Shown here: positions 9,173 through 17,944 of the stretch, one piece after another | How positions within the stretch are numbered: position 1 is the stretch's first letter | Layout: each line of letters begins with the position of its first letter | Assembly (NCBI RefSeq): GCF_049969415.1 | Contig: NZ_JBMFOX010000011.1 | Coordinates: 1-39,213 of the forward strand | Length of the DNA: 39,213 nt | From: Candidatus Hadarchaeum sp. | GTDB taxonomy: Archaea; Hadarchaeota; Hadarchaeia; Hadarchaeales; Hadarchaeaceae | Direction of reading: 5' to 3' | Notes under the pieces: model-generated | The model's input: only the letters and a program-made list of their open reading frames with translations | Database searches by the model: none | Told to the model about the DNA's origin: nothing | Program-made: the position numbers and the translations under genes

Positions 9173-11039
9173 GGCTGGTGCCCTCCTTGATTGCCTTTAC
9201 CGGACAGATGGCCGCACAAATGTGGCATCCGATGCAGACATCCGGGTTTATCTTTACCTTGCCCTCGAACGGAACTAGGGCCGAGCAGGAAAGCGTTTTC
9301 ACGCAGGTCATGCAACCCGTGCATTCTTCAGCATCTATTACTAAAGGCTTCCCGATTGCCTTTCTCCTGATTGCAGTAATCGCACAGAGTCTGCGCAGCA
9401 CGACGACCGACGGACCGTTGTACCGGAGGGCCTCAACAAAGGCTTCAGTTGTTTTTTCCACGTCGTAAGGATCAACGACCACGACGTGCTCCACGCCGCA
9501 GCCTCTGGCTATTTCCTCAGCCTTTACAATCTTGGCGCTCTCTCCGGTGGCCGTAAACCCGGAGCCGGGGGTGGGCTGATGGCCGGTCATGGCGACGATT
9601 GAGTTGTCCATTATTGCGACCACTATTTTCGTTTGATTCCAGACAGCGTCGATCAAGGCAGGTATCCCCGCGTGGTAGAAGGTGGAGTCACCGATTGCGG
9701 CTATCACCGGTTTTTTGATCCCGGAGCGTTCGAAACCGTTGCCCAATCCTATGGACGCCCCCATCGCCACTTCAGTCCAGCAAGCGTCAAAGGGAGGATT
9801 CATGCCCAAGATTGTGCAGCCGATGTCTCCTGTAATTATCACATCTTCCCGGCCATATTTCAGCTTTCGCATTGCCCTGAGGATGGAGATGTATGTGCCC
9901 ATGTGCGGGCAGCCGGCGCAGAAGGTGATGGGACGGCGAATTGAGATGGACTTTGCCCTTTCGATAATTTTCTGTCTTTCCGGATCAACTGGTGGGACGA
10001 TGTCTTTGCCCAGAACCTTGCTCAGGGCATTTTCGACAATGGCCTGATTGAACTCACCCACCGGTGAAGTTGTTCCATCGATCTTGCCGTATACTTTCAC
10101 CTTCTTCCCCATTTCACCCAGAATCTTTAGAACGTAGTCCTCGATGAGTGGTTCCAGTTCTTCAAGGATTAGAACTGAGTCAACCTTTTCAAGCATTTTT
10201 CTTATTTTTTCCTCAGGTAAGGGGTTGATTACCCCTATCTTCAAGGTTGAGATTTTTAGGTTATGTCTGATCATGGCTTCCTTCAGCAGGTTCCATGGAG
10301 CCCCGGCCGTTATGACGCCGACCTTGGAGTCGGTCGGCTCCAGTAAGTTGAATTTGTCCGCATCTTTACCGGCCTTTTTCGTATTCGCGAGCAGCGTGGC
10401 GTGCTGTTCCATGCACCAAGCGGGGCCGGCCTTGGTGTACCTTCTGATGTCCCGGGAATAGGTGGGAACTCTGTCTATTTTTCTCACCGGTCCGAATACC
10501 ACATTTCCGATCATGTGGGCAGTGTTCGTCGTGCTCCTGAGCATCACCGGGACCTTGTTTCTCTCCGATATTTCAAACGCCTCAATCACCATTTCCTTTG
10601 CCTCTTGGGGGTCAGACGGTTCCAGCATGGGCAGGGCCGCGAACTTGGCGAATAAACGGTCGTCCTGCTCAGCCATGCCGGCATGCGTTGCCGGGTCGTC
10701 GGCCACGTAGAGGACCAAGCCGCCCTCGGTGCCGCTGTAGGCGATTGAAAGCACCGAGTCCGAGGCGACGTTTAAACCGGCATTTTTCATCGTTGCCATG
10801 GCCCTTAGTCCCGTCCAAGCTACACCAGAGGCCACTTCAAAGGCAACTTTCTCGTTCACCGCCCACTGAACTTTCATGTTGATATCTTTGGCCACCGCCG
10901 CCAGCGTCTCGATTACCTCGGTTGAAGGGGTTCCGGGATAACCGGTGACAAGATAGGCCCCGGCTTCGATGGCCCCTCTGGCGATGGCCTCGTTTCCCAG
11001 CAATAGTTTTACCGTGCCCTCTTTACCAATTACGGTCAT
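9165..11039 (-). CDS. iorA: Indolepyruvate:ferredoxin oxidoreductase alpha subunit
   Basis: GNEAIARGA, YPGTPSTE, NEKVA, CAGCPH, GDIGC, TPP motif GDSTFYH...DN..AMTGHQP, C-terminal 2x[4Fe-4S] cysteines. Confidence 0.95.
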   Translation of the reverse strand: MTVIGKEGTVKLLLGNEAIARGAIEAGAYLVTGYPGTPSTEVIETLAAVAKDINMKVQWAVNEKVAFEVASGVAWTGLRAMATMKNAGLNVASDSVLSIAYSGTEGGLVLYVADDPATHAGMAEQDDRLFAKFAALPMLEPSDPQEAKEMVIEAFEISERNKVPVMLRSTTNTAHMIGNVVFGPVRKIDRVPTYSRDIRRYTKAGPAWCMEQHATLLANTKKAGKDADKFNLLEPTDSKVGVITAGAPWNLLKEAMIRHNLKISTLKIGVINPLPEEKIRKMLEKVDSVLILEELEPLIEDYVLKILGEMGKKVKVYGKIDGTTSPVGEFNQAIVENALSKVLGKDIVPPVDPERQKIIERAKSISIRRPITFCAGCPHMGTYISILRAMRKLKYGREDVIITGDIGCTILGMNPPFDACWTEVAMGASIGLGNGFERSGIKKPVIAAIGDSTFYHAGIPALIDAVWNQTKIVVAIMDNSIVAMTGHQPTPGSGFTATGESAKIVKAEEIARGCGVEHVVVVDPYDVEKTTEAFVEALRYNGPSVVVLRRLCAITAIRRKAIGKPLVIDAEECTGCMTCVKTLSCSALVPFEGKVKINPDVCIGCHICAAICPVKAIKEGTSHE

Positions 11040-12388
11040 TTTTCGACCTCCCTTTTAAATGAACACAATGCCCATAAAGCCCTTGCGGCCCTCTTTGGGG
11101 TTTCATAATTTGGGATTTTGTTTTCTTCAAATACGGTGACCGCGTCTCGCACCAGATGTCCGGACATCCAGCAGGTGACCGTGGGCTTGCCCACCTCCTT
11201 AATCGCTTCCTTGAGCAGCCTAGCGGCCTCGGTAGCGCCACGGGCATCCCAAGCGATAGGGACATCGATGATTAGTCCGGCGTCGTAGTAATCCTCGGAG
11301 AAAATGGCCCTGAAAGCTCTGACGTAATTTTCAGGTGAGCCTTCTGCAGTTAGATCAAATGGGTTCCTGCGACTGCAGATGGGTGGCAGAAAGTCCAGCG
11401 CCTTTATGATTCTCTCTGTAGGCTCCGGGACCTTCAGGCCAAGCTTTTCCAGCGCGTCAGTCGCCAGAACAGCCGGACCACCTGAGTTGGTCAGTATCGC
11501 CACTTTGTTTCCCTTCATTGGTTCAAGATAGGCCAGCGCCCTTGCCATGTCAAACATTTCCTCAATTCCGTCCGCTTCGATAATTCCTGACTGCTTGAAA
11601 ACGGTTCTGTAGATGGCTTCCTTGCCGGCGAGCGAGCCGGTGTGGGAGGCGACACTTCTGGCGCCGGCCGTAGACAGCCCGCCCTTGATCACGATGAGCG
11701 GTTTTTTCTTGGTTACATTTCTTGCGGCTTCGAAGAATTTCCTCCCGTTTTTAACGCCTTCGATGTAGAGATTTATCACCTTTGTCTGCGGGTCTTCGGC
11801 AAGATAGTTCAAAAGGTCAGATTCATCGACATCACAACCGTTGCCATAGCTGGCGAACTTGCTGAGCCCGATTCTCTTCTCGATTGCCCAGGCCAACACC
11901 GCCCCGCCCAAAGCCCCGCTCTGGGTCACGAAGGCGATGTCCCCCTTGCCCGCGCGGGATTCCATTGTGGCGTAAAGGTTTTTGTGAGTATTTATAATGC
12001 CCGTGCAGTTTGGCCCGATGATCCTTACTCCGTACTGCTTCGCGACCTTTACGACCTCCTCTTCTAGCCCCTTGTTGCCGATCTCGCTAAATCCGGCCGA
12101 GATGATAACTGCGGCTTTGGTGCCCTTTTCACCGCACTGTTTTATCGCGTTCGGCACTGCCTGCGCGGGGACAACGATGATGGCTAGGTCAACTGGTTCT
12201 TTTACGTCTAAGATTGATGGGTAGCACTTTAGGCCGAGGATTTCTTCGGCCCCGGGGTTTATGGGATAGATTCTTCCTTGAAAGCCTCCATCGATTACAT
12301 TTTTAAGAAGTTCGTGGCCCACCTTTAGTGGTTTTGACGAGGCACCGACGATTGCGATGGAGTCCGGCTCAAAGAACTTGGAAAACAT
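11036..12388 (-). CDS. acdA: ADP-forming acyl-CoA synthetase (acetate--CoA ligase) alpha subunit
   Basis: IAIVGAS, GPNC, QSGALG, YIEG, SHTGSLAG (phospho-His), TNSGG, NPFDL; no fused ATP-grasp domain. Start taken at ATG 12388 (MFSKFFEP). Confidence 0.92.
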   Translation of the reverse strand: MFSKFFEPDSIAIVGASSKPLKVGHELLKNVIDGGFQGRIYPINPGAEEILGLKCYPSILDVKEPVDLAIIVVPAQAVPNAIKQCGEKGTKAAVIISAGFSEIGNKGLEEEVVKVAKQYGVRIIGPNCTGIINTHKNLYATMESRAGKGDIAFVTQSGALGGAVLAWAIEKRIGLSKFASYGNGCDVDESDLLNYLAEDPQTKVINLYIEGVKNGRKFFEAARNVTKKKPLIVIKGGLSTAGARSVASHTGSLAGKEAIYRTVFKQSGIIEADGIEEMFDMARALAYLEPMKGNKVAILTNSGGPAVLATDALEKLGLKVPEPTERIIKALDFLPPICSRRNPFDLTAEGSPENYVRAFRAIFSEDYYDAGLIIDVPIAWDARGATEAARLLKEAIKEVGKPTVTCWMSGHLVRDAVTVFEENKIPNYETPKRAARALWALCSFKREVEK

Positions 12389-12463
12389 TTTTTGGCCCCA
12401 GAGAAATAGTATCATTGGTTTTTTAAGTATTTGTATTAACAACATCGGGATTTTAAAAAAGGG

Positions 12464-12479
12464 GAAAAGTTTATTAAAG
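12464..12479 (+). promoter_or_regulatory. Probable BRE-TATA of the molybdo-enzyme operon (divergent from acdA-iorAB)
   Basis: GAAAAG followed by TTTATTAA upstream of the 12544 start. Confidence 0.55.
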
Positions 12480-12543
12480 CGGTTGTGAAGGGTGAAGCGG
12501 ATAAAAACACGATGGTGAAATGCTAATGGAAGATGTGATTTAA

Positions 12544-13410
12544 ATGATGAGACCCACGAGCGTCATTTTAGCCGATTTTGATTACTCAGCGCCCAGGTCG
12601 CTTGGGGAGGCGCTGAAGGAAAGGAGGGAGCACAAGGGAGCTCACATTCTGGCCGGCGGCACAGATCTGATACCGAAGATGAGGGGACAGGTGGTAAAAC
12701 CGAATTTTGTCATCGATATCAGCGGTATAAAGGAGTTGTCCTATATCAAAAAACAAGAGGGGCAGGTTAGAATCGGAGCCGCGACCAAGATCAGCCACAT
12801 AATTGATTCTAAAATAAATCTCGGAGTTTTGCAGGAGGCTTGTAAAAAGCTCGGTAACCCACTAACACGGAATAAGGCGACCATCGGGGGCAATCTCTGT
12901 AATGCCTCACCGGCGGCGGACACGGCCACGCCGCTGATGGTGCTGGAAGCACAACTGGTTCTCAGGAGCTTCGATGGCGAGAGAATAGTGCCCGTGGAGA
13001 ACTTCTTCGTGGGACCGGGGAAGACGGTTCTGAAGGAGGACGAGATTTTAACTGAGATTAGAATTACCCCGCCGGAAGATGGAGCTAAGGCAAAGTTCGT
13101 GAAGGTTGGGTTAAGAAAAGCCGACGCGATTTCCGTCGTAAACTGCGCCGTGTTGTTGAAGGTGCAGAAAGGCGTTGTAAAAGAGGCCAAGATCGCCTTG
13201 GGATCGGTTGCGCCCACGCCAATTTTGGCCAAGGAGGCTCAGAAGGTTTTAGTGGACAAAAAGTTAAGTGAGGAATTAATTGAAAAGTGTGCCCAAGTTG
13301 CGGCCAGGGAGGCCAAACCCATAGACGACGTAAGGGGTTCGGCGAGATATCGCGAGCTTTTGGTTGAGGGTTGCGTTAAAAAGGCGTTGCGCGAGCTGAT
13401 GGAGGGTTAG
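12544..13410 (+). CDS. Xanthine oxidase-family FAD-binding (medium) subunit
   Basis: AGGTDL, RNKATIGGNLCNASPAAD, GSVAPTP, PIDDVRGSARYR. Confidence 0.93.
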   Translation: MMRPTSVILADFDYSAPRSLGEALKERREHKGAHILAGGTDLIPKMRGQVVKPNFVIDISGIKELSYIKKQEGQVRIGAATKISHIIDSKINLGVLQEACKKLGNPLTRNKATIGGNLCNASPAADTATPLMVLEAQLVLRSFDGERIVPVENFFVGPGKTVLKEDEILTEIRITPPEDGAKAKFVKVGLRKADAISVVNCAVLLKVQKGVVKEAKIALGSVAPTPILAKEAQKVLVDKKLSEELIEKCAQVAAREAKPIDDVRGSARYRELLVEGCVKKALRELMEG

Positions 13411-13413
13411 AGC

Positions 13414-13890
13414 ATGAAGAAATATCCTCTGGAGTTTAAGGTGAACGGGAAAAAATACCGCGTTGAAGTTGAGCCCAAGGTTACCCTGTTACGGCTTTTG
13501 CGGAGCATGGGCTTCACCGAGGTAAAGGCCGGTTGCGAAAAGGGTGATTGCGGCACCTGTGCGGTACTTATGGACGGTGAGCCGGTGAATTCCTGTTTGA
13601 CCTTGGCCCTACAGGCACAGGGCAAGGAGATAATAACCGTGAAGGGTTTGGGGACCATGGAGAAGCTGCATCCGATTCAGGAGGCCTTTGTAAAGTACGG
13701 CGCGATTCAGTGCGGCTTCTGCACTCCCGGCATGGTAATTACCGCGAAGGCTTTGTTGGACAAGAATCCCAATCCCACCAGAGAGGAGATCCGGGAGGCG
13801 ATTTCAGGGAACCTCTGCCGTTGCACCGGCTACCAGAAGATTGTGGACGCGATTGAAGCTGCGGCTAAGATGATGCGGGAGGCGAGATGA
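13414..13890 (+). CDS. Xanthine oxidase-family 2x[2Fe-2S] (small) subunit
   Basis: GCEKGDCGTC...C, QCGFCTPG and GNLCRCTGY cluster motifs. Confidence 0.95.
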   Translation: MKKYPLEFKVNGKKYRVEVEPKVTLLRLLRSMGFTEVKAGCEKGDCGTCAVLMDGEPVNSCLTLALQAQGKEIITVKGLGTMEKLHPIQEAFVKYGAIQCGFCTPGMVITAKALLDKNPNPTREEIREAISGNLCRCTGYQKIVDAIEAAAKMMREAR

Positions 13891-16178
13891 TGGAGATGAT
13901 TAAGGAGTTTAAGGTAATCGGTAAGCGACTGCCGAGCCACGATGCTGTGGAGAAGGTCACCGGGCAGACGAAGTACGCCGATGATTTTGCCCTGCCCGGG
14001 ATGCTCTACGGAAAGATACTGAGGGCAAAATACCCCCACGCGAAAATAAAGCGCATCGACACCAGCAAGGCGGAAAAGCTCGACGGCGTTCACTGTGTGC
14101 TGACTCACAAGGATGTGCCCAACAACGCGATAATCACCCGCTTCGGCCAGACCAGAGCCGTGGGTGGATTTGAGGGAATTTACAGGGTGCTGGCTGAGGG
14201 CAAGGTTAGATATTATGGCGAGCCCGTCGCTTTGGCCGCCGCCGAGACCGAGGAGATAGCCGAGAGGGCCATAGACCTGATCGAGGTCGAATATGAGGAA
14301 TTACCGGGAGTTTTTGACCCTGTGGAGGCCATGAAACCTGAGGCGCCGAAGGTTGAGGGAGGAAAAAGCAACATCATTGCCAGATTCAAGATCAGGAAAG
14401 GGGACGTCGCCAAGGCCTTCAAAGAGGCCGACCTCATCGTCGAAAACGAATACATGTCGCAGTTTATTGACCATGCTTATTTGGAACCAGAGGCGGGCGT
14501 GGCTTGGGTGGAGGATGATGGTTCCATCACCATCAGGGTTTCAACGCAGGTCATCGAGCACTACCGGGAAATAGCGCACGTCTTGGGAATTCCTGAGAGC
14601 CGGGTCAGGGTGATCACGCCGAAAATTGGCGGCGGATTCGGCGGTAAAGAAGATATCACCGTGGAGTATTACTTGGCCCTGCTGGCTTGGAAGACGGGCA
14701 GACCGGTGAAGATAGTCCAGACGAGGGAGGAATCGCTTTCGTTCCGTTCCAAGAGGCACCCCTACAAGATGAAATACAAAACCGGGGTCAAAAAGGACGG
14801 CAGGATAGTTGCCGTTGAGGCCGAGCTGATATCGGATGCTGGAGCCTACATGACCCTGAGCCCGTGGGTATTGCTTTATTCCACAGTTAACGCGGTGGGT
14901 CCCTATAACGTGCCCAACGTGAAAGTAGATTCCTACACCGTGTTGACGAATCATCCGCCGTCCGGGGCCTACAGAACCTTTGGTGCCGGGCAGGCCTGTG
15001 TCGCCTACGAGCAGCAGATGGATGAGGTGGCGAAGAAACTGGGAATGGACCCCGTTGAGTTCAGGAAGAAGAACTATCTGAAGAAAGGGGACACGATGGC
15101 GAACGGCTGGAAGATTCCGAACACGGTTGCCCTGCACGAGACAACTGATCGCGTCCTGAAGGCCTTAGGTAAGAAGCCTAAGCCCTCAGGTCCCAACAAA
15201 CTCGTTGGGATGGGGATAGCCTCAGGGCAATGCAGCTATGGAAGGATGATCTTCCTTCATGACACCTCTAGGTCAAAGGTTCGTCTGGAGCTGGACGGAA
15301 GCGTGACCATTGAGTGCGGAGTTCAAGACGTTGGCGCGGGACAGGAAGCATCTCTCTGTCAGATAGTCAGTGAGGTGCTGGGTGTTCCGTTGAAGAAGGT
15401 TAGAATAATATCGGGGGACACCGCGGCGACACCGATAGCGGGAACCACAACCGCCACCAGGCAGCTGTACATGTCCGGCAATGCTACCTACCTGGCAGCG
15501 ATGAAAGTGAGGGACAACATCCTTACCAAGGCGAGCGAAATCCTCGGAGTTGACAAATCAGAGCTGATCATCGAAGACGAGAAGATCAAGAGGAAGGATG
15601 GTGTGGGCATCAGCCTTCGCGATGCTGCGGTGGCCTGCGCGGAGGCCGGGATTGAGCTGTTCTGCGAGGCCCAGTTCAATGCTCCCTTCGGCGAGGTCCC
15701 TGACCCGGAGACCGGCCAGGGCAGAGTTTTCCCAGATTTCACCTACGGTACCGCTGGAGCCATCGTGGAGGTAGACACGGAAACCGGTGAGGTCGAGGTA
15801 TTAAAGATAGCCTCGGCATTTGACGTGGGCACAGCAATTAACCCGATGAGGGTCGAGGGACAGATTGAGGGTGGAGCATCTATGGGCATCGGCTGGGCGT
15901 TGACCGAGGATGTAAAGTTTGAGAAGGGCATCGCCAAGGCGCAGTCGTTCGCCGAGTATATCATCGCCACAGCTGTTGATGTTCCGGATATCAAGTCGAT
16001 AATCGTTGAAAACCACGACGGATTGGGACCATTTGGCGCGCGAGGGGTTGGCGAAGTTGTTCTAGCTCCGGTTCCTCCCGCAGTGATCAATGCCGTGGCC
16101 GACGCGCTGGGAAGAAGGATAAAGGACTTGCCCATTACTGGGGAGAGAATCCTGCTGACGCTCAGAGGAAAAAGTTAG
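13887..16178 (+). CDS. Xanthine oxidase-family molybdopterin-binding (large) subunit, substrate unknown
   Basis: KVTG...YADD, HAYLEPE, STQ, GGGFGGK, AYRTFG, GQIEGG, GARGVGE (catalytic Glu); ATGA overlap with the small subunit. Confidence 0.93.
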   Translation: MMEMIKEFKVIGKRLPSHDAVEKVTGQTKYADDFALPGMLYGKILRAKYPHAKIKRIDTSKAEKLDGVHCVLTHKDVPNNAIITRFGQTRAVGGFEGIYRVLAEGKVRYYGEPVALAAAETEEIAERAIDLIEVEYEELPGVFDPVEAMKPEAPKVEGGKSNIIARFKIRKGDVAKAFKEADLIVENEYMSQFIDHAYLEPEAGVAWVEDDGSITIRVSTQVIEHYREIAHVLGIPESRVRVITPKIGGGFGGKEDITVEYYLALLAWKTGRPVKIVQTREESLSFRSKRHPYKMKYKTGVKKDGRIVAVEAELISDAGAYMTLSPWVLLYSTVNAVGPYNVPNVKVDSYTVLTNHPPSGAYRTFGAGQACVAYEQQMDEVAKKLGMDPVEFRKKNYLKKGDTMANGWKIPNTVALHETTDRVLKALGKKPKPSGPNKLVGMGIASGQCSYGRMIFLHDTSRSKVRLELDGSVTIECGVQDVGAGQEASLCQIVSEVLGVPLKKVRIISGDTAATPIAGTTTATRQLYMSGNATYLAAMKVRDNILTKASEILGVDKSELIIEDEKIKRKDGVGISLRDAAVACAEAGIELFCEAQFNAPFGEVPDPETGQGRVFPDFTYGTAGAIVEVDTETGEVEVLKIASAFDVGTAINPMRVEGQIEGGASMGIGWALTEDVKFEKGIAKAQSFAEYIIATAVDVPDIKSIIVENHDGLGPFGARGVGEVVLAPVPPAVINAVADALGRRIKDLPITGERILLTLRGKS

Positions 16179-16184
16179 CCACAG

Positions 16185-16502
16185 TTATTTTCCGCCGCCG
16201 ATGATGGGGTAGATTTCAACCTCTTTCCTTCCCTTGAGGAAGGCGTCGGTATCTAAAAGCACCGAGACGCTGGATCCGTCCCTTAGCTTCTCGCCAAGTT
16301 CAGCTTTTTTGGCGATTACCTTTATGTAGGGCTTTATGCCATGCTTAGGATCTAAGACGTAATCCTCGAAGTGCTTTCCATATTTTTCAGCGAGTTTTTT
16401 CATCAGGTCAAGAACGGTACTATCTTCTTTCAGCTCTACAGTCGTCTGTTCCTCGCCGGTGAATTCCTTTACTCTGGTGTAAAATTTTACCTTGATCTTC
16501 AT
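16185..16502 (-). CDS. MoaD/SAMP/Urm1-like ubiquitin-fold protein ending in -GGGK
   Basis: MKIKVKFY..KE.TG, TV.DL..L..KY, LDT..L..EVEIYPIIGGG pattern; codons ggc ggc gga aaa taa read directly from the sequence. Confidence 0.8.
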   Translation of the reverse strand: MKIKVKFYTRVKEFTGEEQTTVELKEDSTVLDLMKKLAEKYGKHFEDYVLDPKHGIKPYIKVIAKKAELGEKLRDGSSVSVLLDTDAFLKGRKEVEIYPIIGGGK

Positions 16503-16594
16503 CAGTATCCCGCTATACCTTATTAAGTCGTTATAATTATTTTTGACTTTTCAGAGGTCAACTTAAGAGCTAGCAAATCAAAAGTGTGGCGTCT

Positions 16595-17944
16595 TCAGGA
16601 TACACGGACCCCACGGAATTTTAGGGCCGGAGTGCACACCGCCGCTGAAGCGCCCCAAGGGATGATTTGTCGCGCTTCCTTGCCGATGCCGTCTAACCTT
16701 TTAAGCAGCCGGGGCAAGTTCTCATGAATTCTCACCTGTTTGATGGCCCCGTTAACTTCTCCCCTCGAGATGAGAAATCCGCATCGTGAGGTGGTGGAGA
16801 AGTCGCCCACCTGTGGCGTGATGGGATAAGTGTACCAGATCCGGGAGAGCAGAAGCCCGGTTCTGATGTCCTCCATCAATTCCTCAAGTTCACTTTTACC
16901 CGGTTGGACCACGAGATTGGAAATGTATGGTGTCGGGCTCAGCTGGTAGCTGCGCCCAAAATCACCCAGACGAAAACCGTTACCGGTGCTTTTTCTTCCC
17001 GCCAATCCCCCGTAATACCAGTCGTAAATGAAACCAATCAACTTCCCCTTTTCGATGAGCGAAGTTTTTTGCGTGGGTGAGCCCTCATCATCGATGGTTT
17101 TTGAGTAAAGCCCCGATGGCATGTTGCCCCAGTCGGCGACATTAAGGGATTCCGAGGCCACCGTTTGGCCCAGACGGGAACTGAAGTATGAAATCTTCTC
17201 GTAGGCATCCTTCCCATTGATCGCATAGGATAACACATGGTAAAGGAGCTCCGCCGCCGCATTGGGTTCCAAGACCACATCATAACTGCCGGGTTGCACC
17301 CGCCTGGCCATTAATGATTTGATGGCGAACTCCGCCGCCTCTTCGCCGATCAGGGTTGGTCTGAAATTTTTTAAGGCGTTGCTTCCCATCCATCCTTGGC
17401 CCTCCCCCCTTTCAAGGCCTTGGGATTCCGCGGTGAGGTGACCGAAGATTTTGGTGGTGGCATCGACAGCCTGCACTCCATTGGTGTTGGCCACCGCGCA
17501 CCTTTCCACCACCAGATTGATGGCTCCCGAGGCCTCGATGATTCTGTTGTCAAAATCCAAAGCCGCCTGTAACATTTCCTCCGCCAGTTCAACTATCCTC
17601 GAACGGGAAATTGCTGCCAGATTAGGATCGTAGATATCAGCAACCTTGCTGGCTTTTCTGGGCGAAGGAAAGCCGTTGAATTTTGGGTTCGGTGGTCTGG
17701 CGCGGGCGATGGAAATCGAGCGCCTTACAAGTTCTTGGGTGAGCTCATTATCGCTGGAGAAACCGATCTTTTTCTTTATTGCCGCACAGAGGCCAATGCC
17801 GCTGTCTTGTACCTGTTTTGTTTCAACAATACGATTGGAGGCGATTCTTATGGTCACGGCGAGGTTGTCTGAGGCGAATGCTTCAGCCTCCTCAGCTCCT
17901 AATTTTTCTGCGAGCTCGAGCGCCCGCTGAACTTTAGCTAGCAC
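16595..17944 (-). CDS. pmbA: TldE/PmbA family protein
   Basis: GAEEAEAF start, DDEGSPT, STGNG, SNLVVQPG, GDFS; no HExxxH; GTG start directly follows the tldD stop. Confidence 0.9.
   Translation of the reverse strand: MLAKVQRALELAEKLGAEEAEAFASDNLAVTIRIASNRIVETKQVQDSGIGLCAAIKKKIGFSSDNELTQELVRRSISIARARPPNPKFNGFPSPRKASKVADIYDPNLAAISRSRIVELAEEMLQAALDFDNRIIEASGAINLVVERCAVANTNGVQAVDATTKIFGHLTAESQGLERGEGQGWMGSNALKNFRPTLIGEEAAEFAIKSLMARRVQPGSYDVVLEPNAAAELLYHVLSYAINGKDAYEKISYFSSRLGQTVASESLNVADWGNMPSGLYSKTIDDEGSPTQKTSLIEKGKLIGFIYDWYYGGLAGRKSTGNGFRLGDFGRSYQLSPTPYISNLVVQPGKSELEELMEDIRTGLLLSRIWYTYPITPQVGDFSTTSRCGFLISRGEVNGAIKQVRIHENLPRLLKRLDGIGKEARQIIPWGASAAVCTPALKFRGVRVS

Noticed and set aside
12544-16178. 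Aerobic CO dehydrogenase (coxMSL) or 4-hydroxybenzoyl-CoA reductase
   Set aside because: No AYxCSFR copper-binding loop in the large subunit and no [4Fe-4S] insertion in the FAD subunit.
16543-16561. TTGAC-N9-GTCAA upstream of the Ubl promoter
   Set aside because: Only 5-bp arms and no second copy noticed; too weak to call.
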